Part shown: piece by piece, positions 33,168-43,697 of the stretch | How the letters are laid out: each line of letters starts with the position of its first letter | How positions within the stretch are numbered: position 1 is the stretch's first letter | NCBI GenBank assembly: GCA_963786955.1 | Contig: CAWBAT010000003.1 | Span: forward strand, 224,001 to 288,000 | Length of the DNA: 64,000 bases | Direction: 5' to 3' | Origin: an uncultured Acidimicrobiia bacterium | GTDB lineage: Bacteria; Acidobacteriota; Terriglobia; Versatilivoradales; Versatilivoraceae | Notes under the pieces: model-generated | Databases searched by the model: none | What the model saw: only the letters and a program-made list of their open reading frames with translations | What the model was told of the DNA's origin: nothing | Program-made: the position numbers and the translations under genes

Positions 33168-36100
33168 ATGGATCGAAGAGAATTCCTACAAGCTGGCTTG
33201 ATATCCGCGGCTTGTCCGCTGGGAAGTCACTTCAATTGGGAGATTCCAAGCGGTTAAAAAAATTCCAAGTCGGGGAATCAATGGCAATCTTGATCTGACC
33301 AACGATGAGCTAGACTGGCGTCTCGCATGGGACGAAAATGGTTTGAAAAGCACGGGCTTCGTCAATAAACTCACGGGCCGCCCCTTCCTGTTCTCCTCAG
33401 CAGAGGAAATTTGCCTTGACATTCTCGGCCTCCAAGGTGCGAATTGAAATTCCTTGGTGGAAGTTTCGTCTTTGGTCCAGACGATCATCCTGTTGCCCGC
33501 GAGCAGGAGCAAGGATTGAAGCGAGGCTTTCATCTTAAGAACGAGCCCGATGCAAGTTGGGGAGCAACCGAGAATTTATTATTGAGAAAGCTTCGCGGCG
33601 CTGGGGAGTCACAAAGAGATTCCAGTACGATGGATACGGCTGGTTCCGTCATTGGTTTGCGCTGCCACAGGAGGGACAGGGAGAAAAAATCTTCTTCGTC
33701 CTGGGTGGATATGACTGCCAGGATTGGAACGAATACTGGATCTACGTGAATGGTGAGGAAATAGGACACAGAACTTCAGAGGGCCGATGGCGACAGCCAG
33801 GCCAGTTTGTCCTTGCCCCGGAATGCCGGGATATTCGGCACTTATTTTGGTCCTGGTGGACAAAAATCTCTTGGCCATCCGAACCCGTGGATTTGATAAA
33901 AGCTTTGGTGGTTACAGCGAGGAGATTTTACGAAAATACGTTTATAAACCCGTCCTTGTGGATCAGTATATTTCGGTCGGACAGCCTTTCATTCGGCTCA
34001 CCGATTTTCAGGTAAAGAAGTCTCTCAACAGAGCTGGAAAATCAAGTCAGAGTTCGAACTCTTCAGCCCGTCCTTGTCCGTCTTCGTTTCTGCCCGCTAC
34101 ACGCTCAACGGCCCTCTCCGGCGCAAATCATTGGTGATCAAAAACCATGGTGACAAGGATCTTCTCCTTTTGGATGTCGGTCTCGACAACTTCTCTCTTA
34201 ACGTTCCCACCTCAGAAGGAGGATCTGGGGAGCCTTTATTCATTGACGGCGAAGCGTTCTGCGCCATTGAACATCCAGCGGGATTGAACCAAGGGGGTAA
34301 AGGCAGCGTCAAACTCACACATTATCCTGGGATCCATTTGCCTTCCGGGGGCCACGTCCTCAGTCACGCAGCCTTATTGGGGGTTTCCAACACAGGTGAA
34401 ACATTCAATCATTTCACGTCTTATTTACAGGCCAACAGTCCCCGGAAGAAGAAATTCCTCTCCGTGTATGATCCCTTTGGCATGAACAACCAATGGGGAT
34501 GGTGCCCGACCCTCAATGACCTTGAAATGCTGAATGGCTTGAAGGTTTTGGAAGAATGGCAAAAGCAAGGAATCCATTTTGACTATTACGTTCCGGACTG
34601 GGGATGGTTGGATAACAGCTCGGACTTGACAAGGTTCAGACCAGAATGTTTTCCCGAAGGGCCACGTAAGGTTGTCGGATCGTGTCAACGCTCTCGGAAC
34701 CAACTTTGGATTGTGGTTTTCGGTCAGTAACGCGGCGGTATCCTGCGGGGAGTACCCGCCTGTTGAGCCCAGCCGGGTGCCGATTCCTGGAGGCCCGGCT
34801 CAGCCGGCGCCTCCGGTGCAGGCTTACAGAAATGGATATCTTGCCAGGGAGAATTTGAATGGCAACCTATGTGTGGCGTCAGAGCCTTATTTCACGATCC
34901 TCAAAAATGCGATTCTTTATCATATCCGCGAGAACAACCTCAAGCTCGTGAAATTAGACATGGGGAGCTATTACTGCAACAGTTCCGAGCACAACCATTT
35001 GCCGGGAAAATTCTCTGTTGAGAAGATGCATGATCGTCTGATCGAATTGGCCCAGCGCCGCGCGATAAGCCGAACCTGAAATTTGTATCGTATGGTATTG
35101 GGGTGTACGGTCCCCGTTTTTCGCATTATACGGGGACTTCATATTTGAATCGGGATTATTTATGGAAGGTTCGGGAACGAGCTGGGTCCCTACTTTGTAT
35201 TACCGCGACTCGGTCACCCTGAACCTGGACATGAGTACGCAGTTTGCAAAAACCATTCCTTCAATCAATAAGGACAGCCTCGGAGTATGGCTCGCAGAGA
35301 ATCGCTGGGGGAATTTCATGGCCCATGAGCGCTGGCGGGAGGCTTTGGTTATGGATCTGGGGCGGGGAAGTCTATTGTTCCCTCAACTGTGGGGGAGACA
35401 TATACCTTCTCGACCAGGAGGATCTCGTTTTTCTGGGGGAGATGCAGTCACTCTCCAGGAAGAACGAATCTCTCTTCCTCCAACGGCGGCATCATTGGGG
35501 TGATCCCTGGAAGAATGAGATCTACGGATACACTTATTTTCAGGGAACGCACGGTTTTGTGTTTCTAAGCAATGTCCACTTCATGGCGCGCAAAGTGGTG
35601 TTGCCACTTGGGCCAACTCTCGGCTTGAAAGCAGAATCAGGCAAAAGTGTCGAACTCATCAGCCATTTCCCGGAGAAGAAAAGAATGATGCGTCAAGATG
35701 GGACGGATTACCGCACAGGGGAATCCGCCGAGTTATGGTTGCGCCCGTTTGAAGTTTTGATGATCGAGGTTTTTCCCTGCGAAACCGGGGACAAGATCCC
35801 CAGGCTGCCGCACGAGACATCTATTCTTCAACAGGCGTCCAACATGGCTACTCCTCTCGCTCTTCATCGGCTCGCTCAGGAAGAGGATTGGATGCGGATG
35901 GAGTTTGCCGATGCAAAGCGATTTGAGGCCCAAGGGAAGAGAAAGAAGGTCTTTTCATTTGCAACCGAGTTTGATTCACTGGAAGGGAAACAGGCCGTAC
36001 TGGCAATCTCCATCCGATTGAGGGCGGGGATGGAAGACTGGCGTTATGCGCCTTCCGTTGCCGAAATCGTCCAGGTCGTGGCGCGACTGGGCAACCAAAC

Positions 36101-36345
36101 TGCTCCATCTCATTCCCGTTCCAGATGCGAGACAGTTTGGCAATACTCAAAGCGCCGGGGGGTCTTGGGTGGTCTATAAATGCAGGTTGAGTCTGCAGGC
36201 AGTTCCTTCGGAGTTTCGGTTCGCCGTTCACTGTTACTTGCCGGAGCATGTCGTTCCGGAGATCGAAGGCTGGTTCCTGAGCCAGTGGTGGGAGGAGCGA
36301 AGTCGGCCCGTAGCGGAAGGTTTTTACGCAGATAGCCCTTCCTAG
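33168..36345 (+). CDS. Large Tat-exported glycoside-hydrolase-like protein (clan GH-D-like TIM barrel, sugar-binding N-domain); many frameshifts
   Basis: RBS GGAGG, MDRREFLQ; YDGYGWFRHWF, FDYYVPDWGW, FGLWFS and LVKLDMG segments in successive frames. Confidence 0.6.
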
Positions 36346-36367
36346 ATTGTCACTTTGTCTGGGAGCG

Positions 36368-37068
36368 CTCTTACGGAGCTTCTGGACTTTTCCGGTATTA
36401 GGCTATAGACAGGAGGCTCCTGACGGAGCCGGCTTGTAAACAACAGTGCTCTCGCCAAGAGGCCAAGTGCGCAAAGAACCGCAGTAGATTCCTTTCAGGC
36501 CATTGACTGTCAAAGTGCCTTCATCCTCCAGTAAGGCTTAAGAAGAAATTGTCTTTGACAGACATAACCCACTTAGCGAAGCATGGCAAAGTCTGTGCAC
36601 AAGATGATGCGACCGATCTGGTTCTAATCCATCCTCTGCGTCCTTCGCGCCTTGGCGAGAGGATTTTCCTTAATATTCAAAACAGATTGTGAGTCAGGAA
36701 CAGAGCCGCATAGCGCGACCTGTTTTCGATTCAGTAGTCAGGGCGGTCTCGCTGAGACCGCCGTCCACAGGCCTCTCCTACGGAGCTTCTGGACCTTTTC
36801 CGGTATTAGGCTATAAACACGAGGCTCCTGACGGAGCCGGCTTATAAACAACAGTGCTCTCGCCAAGAGGCCAAGTGCGCAAAGAACCGCAGTAGATTCC
36901 TTTCAGGCCATTGACTGTCAAAGTGCCTTCATCCTCCAGTAAGGCTTAACAAGAAATTGTCTTTGACAGACATAACCCACTTAGCGAAGCATGGCAAAGT
37001 CCGTTCACAAGATGATGCGACTGATCTGGTTCTAATCCATCCTCTGCGTCCTTCGCGCCTTGGCGAGA
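36368..37068. mobile_element. Two ~295 bp direct copies (36368-36660, 36775-37068): GCTCC..CGGAGC REPs plus a TCTCGCCAAG-bounded decayed GxxExxY unit (minus strand)
   Basis: Near-identical copies; the minus strand reads MD*NQIGRIIL...MK...VNGLK between the inverted repeats. Confidence 0.8.
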
Positions 37069-37115
37069 AGTTTCTCTTTATTATTAAATATAATGTTATT
37101 AAATCAAGAGCCCAA

Positions 37116-38207
37116 TTAATACGTCCCATACTTATGAAATGCATTAATCATGGCAATGAAGTTCTCATGCGGAATGTAATTGATGATGCTATGGCTGCTG
37201 CCTGCGACCCATCGTCCACCGGGCTTGAGGACATCCATATGCGCGCAGACATCGCGCTCCACATCGGCAGGAGTCCCCTGGACAAGCGGCCAAGTTATGT
37301 CTATGTTTCCGAACAAGGTAAGCTGAGAGCCATAGCGCTTCTTGTAATCTCTGTAGTCAATGCCCGACGGGTCCATGGGAGTGATGCCATCAACCCCCAT
37401 TTCCAGGAGCATTTCAATGCCGTCATCGATTTTCCCGTCGGAGTGGAACATGATGGGAATCTTGGCCTCTCGAGCCGGCGCCAATAAGCGATCATAATGA
37501 GGACGCCAGATCTGTTTGAAGATGTGCGGTCGAACGAAGAGTCCGGATTTCAGTGCAAAGTCATCCGCAGCGAATAAGACATCAATGCCTTCCCGGACTG
37601 CTCCCTTAGCAAGCTCAGCGAAATAATCGGCCGACCGTCGAAGCATTTCCTCCAGCAGGTCAGGCTCTTCCATCACCATGACCATGCAGTCCACAAAACC
37701 GACGACAAACTCATAGATGGTTTGGAAGATACAACCAAAGAGAAAAATGACACCAATATTGCTTCCTTTGGCTGCCGCTACATAGTCACGCACATACTGC
37801 AGGCGTTCCTCAATTTCTTCCTTGCCCGGCCAAATGATGCGCTCAAAATCAGCTCGAGTCTTAATACTTCGGTTTGTAATTGGGCCAATGGTTCCGTCTG
37901 GACGAATGTGTTTCAAGGGAGTCCAGATGGCTTCAAGAGCAATGGCGTCTTGACCGAGCAGACGGCAAAGTTCTATGTAATCTTTCGGGAACATGGGGCG
38001 TGCTCCTTCCGCGGCTGCAGCGCCCTTGGCAGGATCTCCTCCTATCCCCAAAGTATTACCGGCATACCGGCCGAGCAACTTCTCAACATGCTGGTCTTCA
38101 TCGAGAATTTCGAAATGGGGGACCCGGTCAGTCTTTTCGCCCTGAAGGGCGGCAATGAGCCGGCCGATATGGGGCTCCCCGGAATACGGTTCAATTCTAA
38201 GCATCAT
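37116..38207 (-). CDS. Uroporphyrinogen decarboxylase (URO-D/MtaA-CmuA)-family protein
   Basis: GEKTDRVPHFE, ADDFA, FHSDG, LFGNID, PGGRWVAGSSHSI and IPHENF motifs. Confidence 0.85.
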   Translation of the reverse strand: MMLRIEPYSGEPHIGRLIAALQGEKTDRVPHFEILDEDQHVEKLLGRYAGNTLGIGGDPAKGAAAAEGARPMFPKDYIELCRLLGQDAIALEAIWTPLKHIRPDGTIGPITNRSIKTRADFERIIWPGKEEIEERLQYVRDYVAAAKGSNIGVIFLFGCIFQTIYEFVVGFVDCMVMVMEEPDLLEEMLRRSADYFAELAKGAVREGIDVLFAADDFALKSGLFVRPHIFKQIWRPHYDRLLAPAREAKIPIMFHSDGKIDDGIEMLLEMGVDGITPMDPSGIDYRDYKKRYGSQLTLFGNIDITWPLVQGTPADVERDVCAHMDVLKPGGRWVAGSSHSIINYIPHENFIAMINAFHKYGTY

Positions 38208-38218
38208 TTGCTCCCTTT

Positions 38219-39196
38219 TTAATGAATCATGGCCTGCCGGACGAGACTCGATGCCGTACAAGCATCTGCGCTTCGGATAGCTTCCTTAAATTTGTCCATT
38301 CCAACCCGATCTACCGCCTTGAAAAAGCCGGTCATCCATTCCCGGCACTCTGTTGCTGCGCGGACTCCATCCTCCCGATAGGGGAAGATATCTAGTGTCA
38401 ACCAGCCCTTATAATCGAGCCTCTTGAGCCAATAGACCAGTTCCAGATACTCGACCAAATGAACCGAGCCCACCATCATGTCGTCATCCCAGCTTCGATA
38501 GTTGTCGTTCAAGTGAATATAATCGAGCTTGCCAAAAGAGCTGAGCAGTGCAGCGGCTTCAGCCACATTCTCTCCGGCAGCCAGGGAGTGGCCGACATCC
38601 AGTAATACTCCCACCTTCTCCAGTCCTTGGAGAAGCACAAGAGCTTTGGCCGCGGAGTTGACAAAACAATGGGTCCGGGGTTCCTTTGCTTTATATTCGA
38701 CTAAAACCCGTACCTTGCGAGTGTGTTCGGAACAAGCCGAGAGCCCATCGCGCAGCCATTTCCAGGAATCCAGATAGTCTGACTGAAAAGAGTAATCGAA
38801 ACCGTCCTGTCCCGGCCAGACATCGACAAACGGGCATTCGAGTTCTGCGGCCCAATCCATGACTTTTTTGACTTCATCTACCGCAGCTTGACGCGTTTTT
38901 GCATCTGGCGCCGCAAGACTTCCTTTTCCCCACTTAGCCTGTGTCCAAAGATCCGGAGTGAGCATACACAACTTCAGCCCCCGCTCATTGAACATCCTGG
39001 CTACGTCCCGGATATTCTGGTCATTGACATGCCAGTTGCCGACCAATTCCAATCCATCCATTCCTGTAACTTTGGTCGCCAGGTCCAGCATCTCCTCCAT
39101 ATTCTTTCCGCCTCCGCCATACCCACTCAAACAAAATCGATCTGCACAATTTCCAAAAGTGGGTAAACACGCGCCAAAGAAATGATTCGAAATCAT
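38219..39196 (-). CDS. Xylose-isomerase-like TIM barrel sugar isomerase, D-apiose isomerase (ApsI)-like
   Basis: VWPGQDGFDYSFQ, EYKAKEPR, LLDVGH, NDNYRSWDDDMMVGSVH and LDIFPYRED motifs. Confidence 0.8.
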   Translation of the reverse strand: MISNHFFGACLPTFGNCADRFCLSGYGGGGKNMEEMLDLATKVTGMDGLELVGNWHVNDQNIRDVARMFNERGLKLCMLTPDLWTQAKWGKGSLAAPDAKTRQAAVDEVKKVMDWAAELECPFVDVWPGQDGFDYSFQSDYLDSWKWLRDGLSACSEHTRKVRVLVEYKAKEPRTHCFVNSAAKALVLLQGLEKVGVLLDVGHSLAAGENVAEAAALLSSFGKLDYIHLNDNYRSWDDDMMVGSVHLVEYLELVYWLKRLDYKGWLTLDIFPYREDGVRAATECREWMTGFFKAVDRVGMDKFKEAIRSADACTASSLVRQAMIH

Positions 39197-39325
39197 GGTA
39201 GTCCTCCAATCGAATTTGTAGGGGCGAAGCATTCGACGGTAAGATTAAGGGAATGATCGACAATCATCATCGAATTGCTTCGCCCTACGGATGGTTTTGC
39301 TCGGCGAGAAAAGTTCAATTACGAA

Positions 39326-40859
39326 TCAGTAGGCGTCACGGAGCTCCGCCCTGCAAGCCTCTTCTGGTCGTTGGAAGTCACACCAGTTTTGTCCGCCTGC
39401 CTCCACCAGGCGAAGATATTTTCCATAATAATCCTGCCAGAGAGTGCGATCTTTCGGTTCGTATTCCACCAGGTTTGACGAGGAACGAACGACCTGGCGA
39501 ATTTCATCCGGAGAGCTGAGACAGCCAAGGGCGAAGGCTTGCACCATGATGTTTCCCGCCACGGTAGCTTCTGCAGGGCCCGCCACGACGCGAAGGCCGG
39601 TCGCATTGGCGGTAAGCTGGCAGAGGAGTGTGTTCTTCGATCCGCCCCCCACAATGTGCAGGACAGCAAATGAGCTCCCCAGCATTGCACCCAGCTGATC
39701 CAGTTTATGCCGATAGGCTAGTGCCAGACTTTCCAGAATACAGCGCGTTACCTCACCTGGACCCTGGGGTATCGGTTGAGCCGTTTGTTGACAGTAGCGC
39801 AGAATGGCGTGCAACATCTCTTCAGGAGCCAGAAACCGAATGTCATCTGGATCAATGAAAGCCAAACCTCCGGGAGCCTCAACGGCAAGGCAGGTCAGTT
39901 CCGGGTAGGAATGTTGATCGACCCTGGCGTTGCCAGCCTGCACGGGCTTGTTGAAGCATCCAGAGTCCCATGATATTTCGACACAAAAAGAAACTCTGTA
40001 AAGTCAATTCATTGAAGACCCCGGCCGAGAAAGCGGCGGGTGAAGTGACCACTTCAGGGGTCAGCGCACCCAGGATGGACCAGGTTCCAGAGCTCAGAAA
40101 GGCCCAATCCTTACCTTGAGCCGGCACTGCAGCCACAGCGGAGGCCGTGTCGTGGGTACAGGGAGAAATCACCCGCCCCCGCTTCACTCCCGTGTTCTTG
40201 CTGACAGAGTCACGAACCTCTCCTAAGATAGTCCCTGGGTTGACGAGGTCCGGGAGAAGCCGGACAGGAAGACCAGTTTGTTCACGACTTCATGATTCCA
40301 CTCATGATTCCAAGGGTCGTAAAGCTGGGTCGTAATGGCGTTGGTGCGCTCGCAGCTTTTCCGGCCAGTCAGGAAGTAAGCCAGCAGATCTGGCATCATG
40401 AGAAAAGCGGATGCGCAATCAAGCAGAGAGCTTTGCTGCAGACGCAAGGAGAGTAATTGGGCTGAAGTGTTGATCGGCAATAGCGACATGCCCGTTCGGC
40501 GGAAAAACTCCTCCAGAGCGATTCTCGACCGCACCACCTCAAGAATTTCTCGGTGCGACGGTCACGATGATGGACTGGGTTCTGCAGCAGATCACCGTTT
40601 TGGGTCAGAAGGCCAAAGTCTACTCCCCAAGTGTCGAACCCGATGCCATCCAGCAAGTCCCCGGAACGAGCCGAATACTCACTCATTCCCTTCAACACAT
40701 GGTTATACAGAGCGAGCATATCCCAATAGAGAGTCTGGTTCACCTGGACGGGTTCATTCGGGAAGCGATAGATTTCATCGAGGGTCAGCCGTCATCCTGC
40801 AAGTTGCCAAGAACGGCGCGGCCACTCTCTGCTCCAAGATCAAAGGCAAGAAATTTCAT
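39326..40859 (-). CDS. Rhamnulokinase-like FGGY sugar kinase; frameshifted
   Basis: MKFLAFDLGAESGR, GFDTWGVDFGLL, HDTASAVAAVP, FLSSGTWS, IVGGGSKN and GPAEAT motifs. Confidence 0.85.
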
Positions 40860-41171
40860 GACCGCATCCCAGACAAGCGTATTCGTTAATCGCGTTAGGC
40901 TTGACGAATTTCGCTGAGAAATTTCTAGATGGGGCGGTCTCACTGGACCGTCAATAATTCCCGACGATCTGTGCAGGCAGAGGCCCGCACCACAACCTTG
41001 TGGTGCAGGCGTCCTCGCCTGCCCCCAGCGGGCGAGGGTCGCCACTGCGGGCGTGGACGCCGGCGCTCCCATGGGCTGATCCCTTCTAGCTCGTCCAAGT
41101 CAGATTTAACCCGCAAGGTCGAATGTCGCTTCGTTGTCAGGTTTCACCATTTCAAACCAAATCGCCTATAT

Positions 41172-42517
41172 TTAGTCAAATTTCATCGGCTTGGGATGGA
41201 ATTTGGGAGCGACACGGAGCCAGGGACTCTTGGGTCGCTCGATGTATCCCCATTTTTCCAATGCCCGACGAAGCTCTTTATTCTCGGGCTTCTTGGCGCA
41301 TTCTAGGAAATCCTGGTCCGACATCGTTGCTGCGATGGCTTGTTGCCAGGCTTTGGCTCCAGCGGTATACCCATCGGGATGGCCCAGCATACCCCCTCCG
41401 GCCGGGATCACGATGTCCGTGCCATATTCTCCCACCAGGATGGGGGTCAGTCCCGGGTACACCCCGCGCAAGGCATGGGAAACATGGGTTTGATGTGACC
41501 CAAGGGAGCCAGCTTGATATGGGAGGTGCGGATCCCTTCCTCCAGGCTCACCATGGGAATGCTCGACCAGAAGGTAGGAGTTAGCATCAAGTCAGCGCCG
41601 CATAGGCGAACGAGTTTGGCAAATACCGGCCAGGCGATTCTGGGCTGAGCCGCAATCATATGTGAGGCGTGGAATAAGATCGGAACGTTGATCGCAGGGT
41701 CCTCGGCCAATTGCCTGACAACCGGAAGACCCGCCGAGTAGCAAATTAACAAGCCCGTGGCTCCGAGTTCCACTGCCCGGGCTGCTTTATCGAAAACCCG
41801 ACGCGGTTCATCCGTGATACTCAGGAAGTAGAAGACTCGCTTGCCTGTCTTCGCTTCGGCCTTCTCCAAAGCGTCGCGCACCGCTTTGACGCGATCTTCA
41901 TATTTGCTGTTATACACGTCGCTCGTCATCTCGTCATCTTTCATCATGTCCACGCCACCCATCGCCGTCTGGTAGCATTGGTCTGCTACTTGCTTGGGTG
42001 TCATTCCCATCTTAGGCTTGATGATATGCAGGGAGAGCGGCCGTTTGGGGATCTTCAGTTCCTGGCGGATTCCCGGCACACCGAACTTGGGTCCCTTGAA
42101 CATGGCCAGCAGATCGTCCGGCAGGAAGACATCCAGAAGCCTTAATTTGGGGCTATAGGCAAAACAGTTTCCGGCGATGCTCAAAATCATCATGGGAACA
42201 TTGTCGATCCAGGCATCAATCGGAAACGCCAACTGGACTACGGCTAAACGGCGGTAGGCATTGCCCGTGGGAATCTCGTAGTAGCCAACCATCTTCCCGC
42301 TGAGTTTTCGCCGGACTTCATCGGTATCTTCTTCGACTTTTTCCCATGTTCCGGTCGAACCTTCGATGGCCATCGCCTGGATGAGAGCAAAGTGATCGAT
42401 GAAATCCTCTCCAGGCAACTCGTCATCCATGACATAAGTAGCGACAATGTGATTCGAGCGATTGATGCCGTCAAGAGCATGAACAAAAATATCGGGGTCG
42501 TAGTACTGTTTGAACAC
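41172..42517 (-). CDS. RuBisCO-like protein (form IV RLP); one frameshift near 41465
   Basis: RBS AAGGAGG + GTG; EGSTGTW, AGN, GPKFGVPGIR, IIKPKMG, KDDE and AGGGMLGHPDG motifs. Confidence 0.9.
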
Positions 42518-42554
42518 TGTATCCTCCTTTTGGAATGAGTTGCATGATAATGAA

Positions 42555-43422
42555 CTAGCTTTTCTCCACAAGCCCGCAGAATCTTTTGAGCTCTCTGCTC
42601 GGCCTCCGTTGCGAGTTTCTTTGCCTTGCCGCCGGCCCAGCTTCCCAAGATGAAGTGGATTGAGGCAATGATACAGAGTTGAGGAATGATGGAAGAGGAG
42701 ACAGCGGCATTGATGCGGTGCTCTCGAAAAGCCGTCAATAAACGGAAGTCGCTGGCCTCGGCCAGTGCAGACCGGGGATAGTTCGTGATGGCTACCGTCC
42801 GCGCCCCTCTCTTTCGAGCGGTCTGGATCGCTTCCACAATCTGTCGTGTCTTGCCCGTGTGACTGATGCCGATCGCCACATCTTTGGGACCCACGATCTC
42901 TGTGGCAAAGATTTGCGTGTAAGGGTCGGTGATGGCAATCGCTGTAAGTCCGAGACTCATCAAAACCTCTTCCCCCCGGCGAGCGACCAAAGCTGACGAG
43001 CCAAGGCCTAGGATGATGATTTTCCGGCTTCGGTAAATATGCCGGGCTACCTCGGTCAGCTCCACCTCATTCAGCATCTTTTCCGTATCAGTAAGGCCCT
43101 GGCGGTTATATTCAAACACGCCGTGGAGGATACTCCTGGGGGTTGCGCCTTCAACAAATTCTTCCAAAGTAACCACATGGGTGCTGGCTATAGAGGCCGC
43201 CAAATCCAATTGAAATTCCCGATAGCCCTCGTAACCCAAGCCTCGGCAGAATCGATAGACGGTTGCCGGACTCGACCCACAAATTTGGGCCAGCGCATCA
43301 ATGGACAAATTCCGGACACGGAGAGGAGACTTCAGAACTACTTGGCCGATACGCGTTGCCGCACCCGATTTGTTTTGGAGGCTGGATCGAATCCTGAGGA
43401 GACAGGAACCATTGGTGCTCAT
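42555..43422 (-). CDS. MurR/RpiR-family transcriptional regulator (HTH + SIS); true stop probably ~42555
   Basis: SIDALAQICGSSPATVYRFCRGLGYEGY, GLGSS, GISHTGKT and VAITN motifs; the ORF tail overlapping the RLP is probably a frameshift artefact. Confidence 0.88.
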
Positions 43423-43457
43423 GATCCTCCTGCTTCAACTAAAACCTGTTACTTTTA

Positions 43458-43505
43458 TATAAAATTTATTTCATCCAATCAAGGACATTATAAAATTTTT
43501 TTTCA
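43458..43505. promoter_or_regulatory. Candidate tandem operator upstream of the RpiR/RLP operon
   Basis: TATAAAATTTATTTCA (43458) and TATAAAATTTTTTTTCA (43489), 31 bp apart. Confidence 0.4.
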
Positions 43506-43697
43506 CCAGTAGATCCTTGTGATTCGAGGTCGCTCAGTCCATCTAGCGCGATTGTCTTCTTAAGACCGCGCCTGCTCGTGGAATCCACTAACTACAGCGA
43601 AGTCCAGCGAACTCCTCTCCAATTTGTCACCCGACGTATGCTAAAATCAGAGTGGCGATTTTCGAAGAGACTGAATTAGAATTTCGCAAAACGGGCG

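Noticed and set aside
41172-42517. Bona fide CO2-fixing RuBisCO large subunit
   Set aside because: Loop-6 Lys and P2-site residues appear absent, there is no rbcS/prk nearby, and the context is sugar catabolism
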